This document shows positions 42,495 to 52,596 of a stretch of 64,000 nt of DNA, in pieces. Positions within the stretch are counted from its first letter, which is position 1, and every line of letters begins with the position of its first letter. The notes below the pieces were generated by a model, which was not told the origin of the DNA, searched no databases, and saw only the letters and a list, made by a program, of their open reading frames with translations. Position numbers and translations under genes: made by a program. Origin of the DNA: an uncultured cyanobacterium (GTDB taxonomy: Bacteria; Cyanobacteriota; Cyanobacteriia; Phormidesmidales; Phormidesmidaceae); contig CAWBZI010000001.1 of NCBI GenBank assembly GCA_963793265.1, forward strand, positions 640,001 through 704,000, given 5' to 3'.

Positions 42495-43652
42495 TCACAC
42501 CACCACTGGCTCCAACGCCATCTTTAACTCATCTTGAGACTTCCAAGCCTGTCCATCCAAGGCCATCTGCTCAATCACACTTGCCAACCGCAGCGCCTTC
42601 AGCGCCTGCTCGCCCCCCACAGAAGGCTTATCACCCCCTCGCACACACTGTACAAAATGCTCTAATTCAGCATGAAGCGGCTCCGTATTACTCGTCGAAA
42701 CCTGCTCAATCAGCCCATCCTGGCGATACATCACCTGGCCATAGTCAGCCATACAGTTCTCTTTCGTCTGCCGGTGGATCTGAATCTTATTCGCCAAAAA
42801 ATCAGCCTCCGTCAAAGAATTACGACAGTGTGCCGAGATACTTCTAATTTTGCGATGTGTCACCTTACTCGCTGTCACCGTCGCCACAATGCCATTAGCA
42901 AAGCCCAGCGTAGAAGTCACATAGTCTAAATACGGCGAGTCCGTCCCTTTACTGCCATTCGCCGTCAGCTTCACCACAGGCGAATTTGCCAGCTCCAAAA
43001 TCAAATCAATGTCGTGGATCATCAAATCTAACACCACCGACACATCATTTGCCCGCTTAGAATAAGGGCTCATCCGCCGCGCCTCAATCGCCAGCACTTC
43101 CTCCGTTCTAAGCACGTTATGCAGCTCCTTAAAAGCTGGATTAAACCGCTCGATATGGCCCACCTGCAAAATGCAGCTATAGTCCGCCGCCGCATTCACC
43201 AGCGACTCAGCCTCAGCAATACTCGCCGCAATCGGCTTCTCAATCAGCACATGCACACCCGCCTTTAGGCAAGCCATTCCCACCGTATGATGCAGCCGAG
43301 TCGGCACCGCGACACACACCGCATCCACGTGCTGCAACAGGTTCTGATACTCTTCAAAATAATGAACCTGATACTTACTCGCCGTCTCGATACCGCGCTC
43401 AATATTGACATCCGAGACGCCCACTAGCTGCACATCTTTTAGCCGCGAGAGCACCCGCGCGTGGTGCTGGCCCATATTGCCGATTCCAATTACGCCCACT
43501 CTCACCGGCTCAGACCGATTGCGATTATAAGGACGAGGTTCAGACAGCGAGATAGCAGCCCCCACTAATGGAGTGGTATCAGCGTTAGCGAGCGGTAAAG
43601 AATTCGCGTCGGCTAACGGTAGCGGTTGGCTCTGCACAGTCTCACACCTCAA
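42495..43652 (-). CDS. Gfo/Idh/MocA family oxidoreductase
   Basis: GIGNMG, EKP, GHIERFNP and DLMIHDID. Confidence 0.93.
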   Translation of the reverse strand: MRCETVQSQPLPLADANSLPLANADTTPLVGAAISLSEPRPYNRNRSEPVRVGVIGIGNMGQHHARVLSRLKDVQLVGVSDVNIERGIETASKYQVHYFEEYQNLLQHVDAVCVAVPTRLHHTVGMACLKAGVHVLIEKPIAASIAEAESLVNAAADYSCILQVGHIERFNPAFKELHNVLRTEEVLAIEARRMSPYSKRANDVSVVLDLMIHDIDLILELANSPVVKLTANGSKGTDSPYLDYVTSTLGFANGIVATVTASKVTHRKIRSISAHCRNSLTEADFLANKIQIHRQTKENCMADYGQVMYRQDGLIEQVSTSNTEPLHAELEHFVQCVRGGDKPSVGGEQALKALRLASVIEQMALDGQAWKSQDELKMALEPVVV

Positions 43653-43777
43653 GTTGCGGCAGTACGTAAACAGTACTACACATAATACTAATAAATATTA
43701 CAGCTCTAAAGCACGGCAGTTAGAATTGATCCCGTTGCCGGTTGTTGATCTGTCCTACGCTAAGGAACCCTTTGAGA

Positions 43778-45238
43778 TCATCTGCCATGTCTACGCGCGC
43801 CCTGAGCGGGTCTTTTTGCTGACGACGTAGACTTATCAGCCGATTTTCTGACTGCGACAGGCGCGGTGGTGTTCGTCAGCCTGAGTCTGAGTCCGGGTCG
43901 GTGAATCTGAATTTTGTCGAGCCGGGGGCCTTCAGCCTCAACGATTGTAAATTCTAAAGGGTGCTCTAGCTTTTGGTACGTTAGCTGCTCGTTCACCTGT
44001 GGAATCTTTTGCATCTCAAAAATGACAAATCCGCCCAGGCTGAGATATTCATCGCTAGTCGGCAAATGGATCGACAGGCGCTCGTTCACGTCTTCCAAGT
44101 CAGTTTGAGCCGGGAAAATAACGGTGTGACTATCTTTTTGAATCACCTGCATCTCAGGCGTAGGCGTATCGACATCGCCAATGATCTCAGCCGTCAAATC
44201 TCGCCAGGTAACCAAACCTGCGGTGCCGCCATATTCATCGACGACCATCACCATCTCTCTAGCTGACTGCTGCATTTGGGTCAGCAGCTCATTCAGCGGC
44301 AGCAGCTCTGGCACGACTCGCGCAGGCTGAAGCCATCTGGCAACTAGCGTATCGGGCAATAGCTCACCTTTTGAGAGCGGCACGGCCAAATCGTTGAAGT
44401 GAAGAATGCCGCGAATATCGTCTAGAGATTCGCCTGTAATCGGATAGCGCGAATGGCCAGATGTCACCATTTCATTAAGAAAATCCTGAAAAGTGGCCGT
44501 GTCAGGCAGTGCGGCGATGCTCGTACGCGGCACCATAATTTCTTCGACCGTCGCCACTCGGAACTCAAAGACGTTGCTTAAAATCTCACGCTCCTCTTGC
44601 TGAAGCTCTGGAATTTCTGTGGCTGTTGTAATCAGTAGCCGCAGCTCGTCGGGCGTTACTCGGCCATGGTGACCGGGGCCATGATTTTTGATGCCTGCTA
44701 ACGAGAGCAGTAGTCGGGTAGAGCGATTCAATAGCCAGACAAAAGGGTTTAGCAGTCGGGCAATCGTGAGGCTGGGTGGGCCGAGAAACCGAGCAATTTT
44801 CTCAGGATAGATAAGAGCGACTGACTTAGGGCACAGCTCGCCTAGTACTATCTGTAAATAGGCCAACAGTAAGAAGGCGATCGGAACGGCGGCTGAGTGA
44901 GAGAGAAACTGGGTAGCGTTTGGCGCAAGCGGAAGCCAAAGGGCAAAGCGAGTGAGCTGGTGCTTGATCAATGCCGCCATGGTGTGCTCGCCAATCCAGC
45001 CCAACGCTAGGCTAGAGAGCGTGATGCCTAGCTGGGTTGTAGAGAGCAGACTGTTGAGCTGTCGCTGTAGTTTTTGGACGGTTTGAGCTTGGGTGTCGCC
45101 TGCGAGGACAAGCTGATTTATGCGCGATCGCCGCACCGAAACAATCGAAAACTCCACCGTCACGAAAAAAGCATTCAGCCCGATTAAAGTCACTACCGAT
45201 AGCAACCGAATCATCACTTGTGTATCAGTCAGCGACAT
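43778..45238 (-). CDS. Hemolysin family (DUF21-CBS-CorC) protein
   Basis: NAFFV, GELCPKS, SRYPI and VDEYGGTAG. Confidence 0.92.
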   Translation of the reverse strand: MSLTDTQVMIRLLSVVTLIGLNAFFVTVEFSIVSVRRSRINQLVLAGDTQAQTVQKLQRQLNSLLSTTQLGITLSSLALGWIGEHTMAALIKHQLTRFALWLPLAPNATQFLSHSAAVPIAFLLLAYLQIVLGELCPKSVALIYPEKIARFLGPPSLTIARLLNPFVWLLNRSTRLLLSLAGIKNHGPGHHGRVTPDELRLLITTATEIPELQQEEREILSNVFEFRVATVEEIMVPRTSIAALPDTATFQDFLNEMVTSGHSRYPITGESLDDIRGILHFNDLAVPLSKGELLPDTLVARWLQPARVVPELLPLNELLTQMQQSAREMVMVVDEYGGTAGLVTWRDLTAEIIGDVDTPTPEMQVIQKDSHTVIFPAQTDLEDVNERLSIHLPTSDEYLSLGGFVIFEMQKIPQVNEQLTYQKLEHPLEFTIVEAEGPRLDKIQIHRPGLRLRLTNTTAPVAVRKSADKSTSSAKRPAQGARRHGR

Positions 45239-45272
45239 CTGGGCGATTATCCGCAAAAACTATTGACTTCAC

Positions 45273-45521
45273 TTAGTTACCGCTATCGATTCGCGCGTTC
45301 ACTTCATCAATAATTTTATCTTCATCCAAAAGCACAAGCTGACCGTGCTTCTCTCCAGCACGATTAGCTGTAGCGGCATTAGAAGGCCGCGTTTCGGGCT
45401 GGCGCACACCCGTTAGAGCCTGCCTTCCTAGCGCATAGCCCCAGGAAGAACTTACGATACCAGCGCCAAACATTAGCGTCAGTAAAATCAGCGTAAAGGC
45501 AACAGCCGGATTAATTCTCAC
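45273..45521 (-). CDS. Small membrane-anchored hypothetical protein
   Basis: N-terminal TM helix and WGYALGRQAL.GVRQP. Confidence 0.7.
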   Translation of the reverse strand: MRINPAVAFTLILLTLMFGAGIVSSSWGYALGRQALTGVRQPETRPSNAATANRAGEKHGQLVLLDEDKIIDEVNARIDSGN

Positions 45522-45708
45522 AGATTTGTTCTCGCAGGTATTTTAGACAAGTAATGTTAGAAGTATGGTTTTGGACAGGTGATTTTGGGAGTCTACCCGA
45601 TCTCGCTCCCATTTAGTAGCACTGAACCTAAACTTGAATTTCTTTTCTATCTTTTTAGGTGGTTCCCGGTAGATACAAAGGCAGGCAAGATAGTATATTA
45701 GCAACTGA

Positions 45709-45781
45709 CCAGGGTTGGCCGAGCGGATTAGGCAGCGAACTCATAATTCGCCCCAGGCAGGTTCAACTCCTGCACCCTGGA
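45709..45781 (+). tRNA. tRNA with anticodon CAT, probably tRNA-Ile2 (lysidine-modified)
   Basis: Acceptor stem CCAGGGT/ACCCTGG, anticodon arm GCGAA-CTCATAA-TTCGC, T-arm GCAGG-TTCAACT-CCTGC; no encoded CCA. Confidence 0.93.
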
Positions 45782-45844
45782 TTTATATATCTGTGTAAAC
45801 TGTGTAAAACGCGGATCTTCGCCTGAAGCGAGAAAGGCAGAAAC

Positions 45845-45883
45845 AAAAAAGGGATGCGCAATTAGTTTTGCACATCCCTTTTT
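45845..45883. terminator. Bidirectional intrinsic terminator
   Basis: AAAAAA-GGGATG...CATCCC-TTTTT. Confidence 0.7.
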
Positions 45884-45922
45884 CTACGAAGAGCGGATTA
45901 ACGCCTTTCCTATTAGCGCTAT

Positions 45923-46390
45923 TTACCGGCGCGGTAGGGGCTCGAAGTTAAGCTCACTGCCAATCACTCGACTGTTGGTTTGAGAGGTCGGCAGCAGTTG
46001 TACTGACGATGTGTAAGGATTCGGCAGGTCAGGAATGCGAACGGTTGCGGTGTTTTGGGTTTGTAGCAGCATTAGCTCTTGGTAAGCCTCAGAGAGTGCC
46101 GCCGAGTCACGGTTGATGCGCTGATCGGCAAAGCCGCCTAAGCCTAAGATGAAATTACCCTGACTAAAGATGGAACGATTTTTGTAGTAGTCACCAGAGC
46201 GACGCTCGCTGATGTCTTCAACCGCTTCTAAAACTGTTTCTTGAGCGCTAGCGGCAGGTGCTAAAAGGGCTGTAGTTGCGATCGCACCCATAATCCCTAT
46301 GCCAAAGCTAACCGCGATCGCTCGACCAGACAAACCTAGAACCTTTCGTCCAAAATTAGCAGGCACTGCGCCCTGAAATTCAATAGCCAT
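45923..46390 (-). CDS. Hypothetical exported protein
   Basis: Signal peptide ending ASA-Q; C-terminal RIPDLPNPYTSS. Confidence 0.7.
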   Translation of the reverse strand: MAIEFQGAVPANFGRKVLGLSGRAIAVSFGIGIMGAIATTALLAPAASAQETVLEAVEDISERRSGDYYKNRSIFSQGNFILGLGGFADQRINRDSAALSEAYQELMLLQTQNTATVRIPDLPNPYTSSVQLLPTSQTNSRVIGSELNFEPLPRR

Positions 46391-46514
46391 GATTATTACT
46401 TTCCCTCAAGAGTGGCTGCAAACATTTCTATAGAGGGTACCCGCTTAACCCAGCAAATTCTTAGATTCCCTATACACTAATCAAGCTTTCCAAACTTAAG
46501 ATCGCCCATACGCT

Positions 46515-47123
46515 ATGACTATTTCTGCTGCCGATCTCCCATCTACCAATCTCAGCGACCTGCGCTCAGCGCTACTAGAACTTATCTGCCAGGTAGCTTA
46601 CAAAGAAGGCGACTTCACGCTTTCTTCCGGTAAAAAAAGCACCTACTACATCAACGGGAAGCAAGTCACTTTGCACGCCCAAGGCGCTTTGATGGTCGCT
46701 CGCATTTTATTAGATATGCTGCCAGCAGATACCGTTGGCGTTGGCGGACTCACATTGGGAGCCGATCCGATGGTGAGCGCAGTCGGGATTGTGGGCGCTT
46801 ACGAAAACAAGCCCGTGACGCCGCTGATTATTCGCAAAGAAGCTAAAGGACACGGCACTCGCGCCTATATAGAGGGGCCAGAGCTACCGGCAGGCAGCCC
46901 TGTCACGATTTTGGAAGACGTAGTAACGACAGGCGCTTCAGCCTTGAAGGCCGTAGAACGATTGCGAGATGCAGGCTATAAGGTGAATGACATTTTAGCT
47001 CTAGTTGATCGGCAGCAGGGCGGACGCGAGCTGTACGAAAAGGAGGGGCTGAACTTTCGGCCTATCTTTACGATTGAGGATTTGCAGGCTTATGTGCGAT
47101 CGCAAAAAACTACCGCCGCGTAG
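46515..47123 (+). CDS. pyrE: Orotate phosphoribosyltransferase
   Basis: FTLSSG, RKEAKGHG and ILEDVVTTGAS. Confidence 0.96.
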   Translation: MTISAADLPSTNLSDLRSALLELICQVAYKEGDFTLSSGKKSTYYINGKQVTLHAQGALMVARILLDMLPADTVGVGGLTLGADPMVSAVGIVGAYENKPVTPLIIRKEAKGHGTRAYIEGPELPAGSPVTILEDVVTTGASALKAVERLRDAGYKVNDILALVDRQQGGRELYEKEGLNFRPIFTIEDLQAYVRSQKTTAA

Positions 47124-47148
47124 CCGAAAAACCACCCTCTCAAATGAG

Positions 47149-47187
47149 CTACAGAAGCGCGAAGATTGCTATTCTGCGCCTCTGTAG
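47149..47187. terminator. Stem-loop between convergent pyrE and DUF561 genes
   Basis: CTACAGAAGCGC...GCGCCTCTGTAG. Confidence 0.5.
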
Positions 47188-47209
47188 TCGCTAAATTCAC
47201 GACTGACTC

Positions 47210-47971
47210 TTACCGAACGGCAGTCTTCTCAACCGACACAGCCTGCATCGCCTCAACTAAGCTACGAACTACAGCCACCATCGCCAGCGGATCGTTCAGC
47301 TTGTTTACAGCCGAACCCACGCCTACACCAGCCGCACCGGCTGCCAAAGCCATCGGTGCAGTCACATCAGAAATCCCCGAGGCGCACAGCACAGGTACAG
47401 ACACCGCGCGCGAAATCGCATGAGCAGCAGCCAAAGTTGGCCCGGCCTTCTCAATCAGGCCCAAAACGCCGCCATGAGTAGGTGCACTGCTTGTACCGCC
47501 CTCAGTTTGGATGATATCGGCCCCTGCTAAAACTAACGCCTCTGCCAGTTGAACCTGAGCATCTAGCGTCAAAATATGAGGCACCGTCACCGACAGCGTG
47601 ACGTTAGGTAGCAGCGCTCTTGTCTGCTGCGTCAAAGCCAATACTTCAGGGCCTTCAAACCGTCTGCCTTGCGCATAGAAGGCATCAAAGTTACCAATCT
47701 CAATCAAATCAGCGCCCGCTTCTACTGCTGAGACAAACTGATCGGGTTCGACTGCCGAGACACAGACGGGAAGATCTATCAGACTTTTTACAAGGCGAAC
47801 AAGCTCTGGATCAGCCGCAATATCCACAAAGGTTGCGCCGCCCTGCTGAGCCGCTTTGACAACATCAGCAACGTTTTTGCGATCCAAGTTAGTAAGGCCG
47901 CTAATAATCTTCAGCGCCGCAGAATTGTCGAGTGCGCGTTGCAAAGCAGCCGTCTGGTTAGAAATAGTCAT
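47210..47971 (-). CDS. DUF561 (Ycf23) family protein
   Basis: LKIISGL, GATFVDIAAD, EIGNFD and IQTEGG. Confidence 0.88.
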   Translation of the reverse strand: MTISNQTAALQRALDNSAALKIISGLTNLDRKNVADVVKAAQQGGATFVDIAADPELVRLVKSLIDLPVCVSAVEPDQFVSAVEAGADLIEIGNFDAFYAQGRRFEGPEVLALTQQTRALLPNVTLSVTVPHILTLDAQVQLAEALVLAGADIIQTEGGTSSAPTHGGVLGLIEKAGPTLAAAHAISRAVSVPVLCASGISDVTAPMALAAGAAGVGVGSAVNKLNDPLAMVAVVRSLVEAMQAVSVEKTAVR

Positions 47972-48245
47972 TGATGAGTTCTGTTGAGAATTTGTATGCA
48001 AGTTAAGCGTTTATTTTGACAGAGATTTGCCTAGCCGCTTCGAGATCGAAACGTCACTTAAAAGTGCTTACCAAAAGAGATAGCCACAGGGCAGCTAAAA
48101 GGCAATCTTTGTGCTTGTCACTGCTTCTGGCGCGTAGTATCATCAAAGACTGCGAAGCAAACGCAATCGTAGGGCTTCTTTTGACTTGAGACTAATTCTT
48201 TCAGAGTCTAAGAGCTTATCTGAACTTCAAATCTCTACAATTTTT

Positions 48246-48443
48246 ATGCCTAAGCTAAAAACCCGCCGCGCCGCCGCTAAGCGGTTCCGCCGCAGTGGAA
48301 GTGGCAAAATTATGCGCCGCAAAGCGTACAAAAACCATCTTCTAGAGCGCAAAGATCAAGACCGTAAGCGCAAGCTTTCTAAAATGACTACGGTGCATGA
48401 AACCGATGCTAAAAGGGTTGAACTGATGATGCCTTATCTGTAA
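48246..48443 (+). CDS. rpmI: 50S ribosomal protein L35
   Basis: [14 protein letters not shown]. Confidence 0.97.
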   Translation: MPKLKTRRAAAKRFRRSGSGKIMRRKAYKNHLLERKDQDRKRKLSKMTTVHETDAKRVELMMPYL

Positions 48444-48513
48444 GCTTCACGGCTAGCAAGTATAAGCATCCGAACTTCAACGAAAGATTCAAAACGAAAG
48501 GAAAAACTAGACC

Positions 48514-48867
48514 ATGGCACGTGTTAAGCGCGGTAATGTAGCTCGCAAACGCCGCAAGAAAGTTCTTAAACTGGCTAAAGGCTTCCGGGGTTCGCACTCT
48601 AAGCTATTTCGCACCGCTAATCAGCAAGTAATGAAGGCATTGCGCAATGCCTACCGCGACAGACGCCGCCGCAAGCGCGACTTCCGCCGGTTATGGATTG
48701 CCAGAATCAATGCCGCCGCTCGCCTCAATGGCACAACGTACAGCCGTTTGATTGGTGATCTGAAAACGGCCAATATCGAAATTAACCGTAAGATGCTTGC
48801 GCAGCTAGCGGTGTTGAATCCTGAGAGCTTTACTAAAGTGGTCGAGAAGGCTAGTAATAGTAAGTAG
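48514..48867 (+). CDS. rplT: 50S ribosomal protein L20
   Basis: MARVKRG and [12 protein letters not shown]. Confidence 0.99.
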   Translation: MARVKRGNVARKRRKKVLKLAKGFRGSHSKLFRTANQQVMKALRNAYRDRRRRKRDFRRLWIARINAAARLNGTTYSRLIGDLKTANIEINRKMLAQLAVLNPESFTKVVEKASNSK

Positions 48868-48910
48868 ACAAGCACGGTTTTTAGTTGTGCGCAATCTGTT
48901 GACATCAGAG

Positions 48911-49969
48911 ATGAAGCCGCTAAGGCTAACGCTGAAGAAACTAGGATTGAGATTGGGGGTGCAGCTATTGCTGTTGCCCCCATTTTTCGTGACCGGGTTT
49001 ATAGCTAGGTTTTCGCATAACGAAGCGATCGCTGCCGACCTCTCAGAAATTCGCGATCGCGGCTACATCACCATCGCCGTCAAAAACAACCGCGCCCCGC
49101 TTGCCTTCCTCACCGCAAGCGGCGAGCTTAGCGGCTACGAAATAGACATTGCCCGGCGTTTAGCAGATGAACTCTTAGGCGACAGCTCAGCGGTTCGACT
49201 GGTGCCCGTACGCAATACAGATAGGCTGAGTGCGGTGCTAGATGAGCGGGTGGATATTGCGATCGCAGCTATTACCATCACCGAAGCCCGCCGCCGCCTA
49301 ATCAACTTCAGCGATCCCTACTATCTTGACGGCACCGCCTTCATCACTAACCAGCCGAACATCCAATCTCTCCAAAACCTTCGCCTTGCAAAAGTCGCCC
49401 TGATCGACCGCTCGAGCGCCGTCCCTAGCGTTCGCTATATCTTGCCCGGCGCTCAGCTCATCGGCGTAACCTCCTACGCCGAAGGGCAGCGCTTACTTAC
49501 CGCTGGTAGCGTGGATGCCTTTGCTGGAGATGCCTCGGTGCTCACCAGTTGGCTATCTAATAGCAGCGCCGACTACCGCCTTCTAGAGAGCATCATCACC
49601 GCCGATCCGCTATCAGTCGCAATCCCTAAAGGCACACAATACACATCGTTAAAAGAAGCCATTAACCGGGCACTCCGACGCTGGTATACAGAAGGCTGGC
49701 TACAAGAAAGAGCCGCTTATTGGGGTCTGCCCGCCGAATCATCGCAGTTTGTGAACATCGGGCCTGCCCCACCAGCAGAGCCTCCCGACAGCGAACCGAT
49801 TGATATCGACATAGAAATAGAACCGTCTGCAGAAGAACCTTTTGGCATCGATGTCGATATTGACTTAGACCCCGAACAAGAAGAAGTAGACCTCGATTTA
49901 AACCCTGAAGAATCTGACAGCAGGCCAGAGAATGAGCTACCCAACATTGGCCCAGTCGATAACGAATAG
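48911..49969 (+). CDS. Amino-acid ABC transporter substrate-binding protein (family 3) with an acidic C-terminal tail
   Basis: GYEIDIARRLA and ITITEARR..NFSDPYY. Confidence 0.88.
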   Translation: MKPLRLTLKKLGLRLGVQLLLLPPFFVTGFIARFSHNEAIAADLSEIRDRGYITIAVKNNRAPLAFLTASGELSGYEIDIARRLADELLGDSSAVRLVPVRNTDRLSAVLDERVDIAIAAITITEARRRLINFSDPYYLDGTAFITNQPNIQSLQNLRLAKVALIDRSSAVPSVRYILPGAQLIGVTSYAEGQRLLTAGSVDAFAGDASVLTSWLSNSSADYRLLESIITADPLSVAIPKGTQYTSLKEAINRALRRWYTEGWLQERAAYWGLPAESSQFVNIGPAPPAEPPDSEPIDIDIEIEPSAEEPFGIDVDIDLDPEQEEVDLDLNPEESDSRPENELPNIGPVDNE

Positions 49970-50094
49970 CTAACAAAATAAGCAGCTCAGAAAATAGATA
50001 ATAGATGCTGCGTTTTGTGAGCGCGCCCTCAAGGATTGGTCTGTTGATATAAAATAAGGCCAGCGTAGAGAAATCAAAGACACCACCGCCGACC

Positions 50095-50622
50095 ATGGAA
50101 AATGGCAACTATTTAATCGTTTACTTAGGAATCTTGCTAGGGCTTTTGAGCATAGCGACCTTTTTTGTTGTGAAGCAGGTGTGGGTCACCCGCCGAGTAG
50201 AGCTGACCCTATCCGACTTACAGACAAAGCTCACTAACGGTAAAGGCGACGCCGTAGAGTATTACGAGCTAGGCAGCATTTTGCTAGATAAAAAGCTATA
50301 CGCACAGGCCGCTGTTTATCTTAAAAAAGCGCTCAAAGAACTCTCGAAAGAAGGAACCAGTGAAAACGAAGTGCTAGTGCACAATGCACTGGGATATGCC
50401 TACTTTGCGCAGGATCAGTTTGACTCAGCCATTCGTCAATATAACGAAGCGCTTAAAATTAGCCCTGGCTATGTCACAGCGCTCAATAACCTGGCTCATG
50501 CCTACGAACGCAAACAGCTCATGCCGCAGGCTTTAGAAACCTATGAAAAGTCTCTGACGGCTGAGCCCAAAAACGAAACGGCCCAGCGCCGAGCAGCCTC
50601 TTTGCGCAAGCGTTTAGCTTGA
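50095..50622 (+). CDS. TPR protein, Ycf37-like
   Basis: N-terminal TM plus TPRs (YYELGSI, NALGYAYF, ALNNLAHAYE). Confidence 0.85.
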   Translation: MENGNYLIVYLGILLGLLSIATFFVVKQVWVTRRVELTLSDLQTKLTNGKGDAVEYYELGSILLDKKLYAQAAVYLKKALKELSKEGTSENEVLVHNALGYAYFAQDQFDSAIRQYNEALKISPGYVTALNNLAHAYERKQLMPQALETYEKSLTAEPKNETAQRRAASLRKRLA

Positions 50623-50642
50623 AATTAGACAGCCTTTAAAGG

Positions 50643-51353
50643 TTGGATGAAATGGCTGGTTTAGGAGCTGACCCCGTTGAGAGAGCCACCGTTGATGCCT
50701 TATCTGAGGTAAGAGCAAGCTGGGTGGCGCTCTTAGAAAAGCATCGGGCGATCGCGATCATTAGAGCCACCTCCGTACAAACGGGCCTCGCGATGGCAAA
50801 GGCCGCTGCCTCAGGTGGTTTTTGCCTAATTGAGGTGGCTTGGAATCAAAACGCGCAGCCCGCTGTGATGATAAAAGCTATTCGGCAAGCGCTGCCCCAG
50901 TGCATAGTGGGCGTTGGGACGGTGCTGAGCGTGGATGACTTGAGAGCGGCGATTGCGGCTAAAGCCCAGTTCTGTTTCACCCCGCATACCGATCGCAAAC
51001 TCATTTCACTTGCTCAAAAGCACCACATACCGCTCATTCCGGGCGCGATGACACCCACAGAAATTGTCACCGCCTGGCGAGCAGGTGCCACTAGCGTCAA
51101 AGTATTTCCAATTGCAACCATCGGTAATGGCGCTTACATTCGCAGCATTCTACAGCCGCTCGGGCCGATTCCTTTGGTGCCTACAGGCGGAGTCACCAGT
51201 GAGAGTGCTGCTGAACTTATTGAGGCGGGCGCAGTTGCAGTAGGTCTTTCGAGCGCACTGTTTCCCAAGCACGAAGTCGAAAACGGTGACTGGGTAGCCA
51301 TTGAGGCCAGATCGCGCTATCTGCTGACGCTGCTTTCGTCTATTCGTCATTAG
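50643..51353 (+). CDS. eda: KDPG/KHG aldolase
   Basis: IAIIR, GVGTVL, PGAMTPTEI, KVFP and PTGGV. Confidence 0.9.
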   Translation: MDEMAGLGADPVERATVDALSEVRASWVALLEKHRAIAIIRATSVQTGLAMAKAAASGGFCLIEVAWNQNAQPAVMIKAIRQALPQCIVGVGTVLSVDDLRAAIAAKAQFCFTPHTDRKLISLAQKHHIPLIPGAMTPTEIVTAWRAGATSVKVFPIATIGNGAYIRSILQPLGPIPLVPTGGVTSESAAELIEAGAVAVGLSSALFPKHEVENGDWVAIEARSRYLLTLLSSIRH

Positions 51354-51363
51354 CTGCCCTTAA

Positions 51364-51807
51364 CTAACTACCTAGCTTGAAGGCTTCGACAAATAAACCA
51401 TAGATTAGGCCGAGCTTGAAAGCATTAAGTGATTCGGCGAGGGTGGAGCGCGATCGCACAGGCCCAACATCAAGCCCCGTAGGGATCACCGAACTAGGAT
51501 CTAGCAAACTAGGTGGCGTGGCGTTGGGTGCAACAAGCTGCTCATTGATATTTGCGGCCTGCTGTCTTCTAGGCGTAAATCGATAGTAAAGCCAGCTAAT
51601 AGACTCCACAAGCAGCAGTAGAAAAGCCGCGATGGTGACATCGAGCTTTGCCGCCTGCCCCGCCGTCGCTGAAATTGCTGTCGCAAAGAAATTGCCTAGC
51701 AGCAGACTGATCAAAATCACTGATAGCCGCCGCCATGGATTGAATACCCACTGTCTGAAGCGCAGCGTAATTTGGTTGAAAATTGTATTGAGTCGAGTTC
51801 TTTGCAT
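51364..51807 (-). CDS. DUF565 (Ycf20) family membrane protein
   Basis: MQRTRL, NPWRRLS and GLFVEAFKLGS. Confidence 0.88.
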   Translation of the reverse strand: MQRTRLNTIFNQITLRFRQWVFNPWRRLSVILISLLLGNFFATAISATAGQAAKLDVTIAAFLLLLVESISWLYYRFTPRRQQAANINEQLVAPNATPPSLLDPSSVIPTGLDVGPVRSRSTLAESLNAFKLGLIYGLFVEAFKLGS

Positions 51808-52076
51808 AGGCTTTGCCAGGGGCGATCGCTAAAAAGTAAATAAACCAAAAGGTACGTTAAAAAAACTTAGCTACGAAGGCTCAGCAGCGTAGCTCTGGTA
51901 CTGTTGCAATATGGTAGTTTCTCAAAACGCCATTGCATGAAGTGTCACAGCTTTCGCAACCAGAGCAGAGCCCGTGAAGCTACGATCTAACTATAAATAC
52001 GCGGCTGTTAATTAGCCAGACACCTTTACAAGTCGTTTGCGCTATCAGCAGCTTTTTACCCTTCCTGAAACTCACT

Positions 52077-52490
52077 ATGCGACGCCTACCTGCTTTACTT
52101 TTAGCTTCAGTCGCTGCTCTATCTGTCGGTTCTATCGGCTCTACAGCATCGGCACAGTCCATTGCCCGCACACCATTAGCTGCGCCCATTGAGCTAACTG
52201 GGCGTACAGGCGGAAACCAAAATTCGACCTGCGGAAACATTAACCCGTCTGCGGGCCAAACTGTTAGCGTCACTGAAATGTTCGCCTCCCTGAGTTTTGA
52301 AGTAGAAAGCCAGGGCGACTACACATTGCTGATCACCGGCCCGAATGGCTTTAGTGAGTGCGTGTTTGCACACAACTACGATGGCGGTGTAATTCAAGCG
52401 CCAGGGCTGCTTAACCAGGGTGAGTATCGGGTGTTTGTGGGCGATCGCAAAGGCGAAAGCCACCCTTACACACTCTCTATTAGCCAATAG
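52077..52490 (+). CDS. Hypothetical exported protein
   Basis: Signal peptide ending ASA-Q; TLLITGPNG and G.YRVFVG beta-sandwich-like pattern. Confidence 0.75.
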   Translation: MRRLPALLLASVAALSVGSIGSTASAQSIARTPLAAPIELTGRTGGNQNSTCGNINPSAGQTVSVTEMFASLSFEVESQGDYTLLITGPNGFSECVFAHNYDGGVIQAPGLLNQGEYRVFVGDRKGESHPYTLSISQ

Positions 52491-52529
52491 TTTCATCGAT
52501 CAACGGTCACTGCGCTAAAACAAACCACG

Positions 52530-52568
52530 AAAAAGGACGCTCGAACTACATCAGGCGTCCTTTTTTTT
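52530..52568. terminator. Bidirectional intrinsic terminator
   Basis: AAAAA-GGACGC...GCGTCC-TTTTTTTT. Confidence 0.7.
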
Positions 52569-52596
52569 ATTTTGAGTATGTGATAAAAGACCAGCG

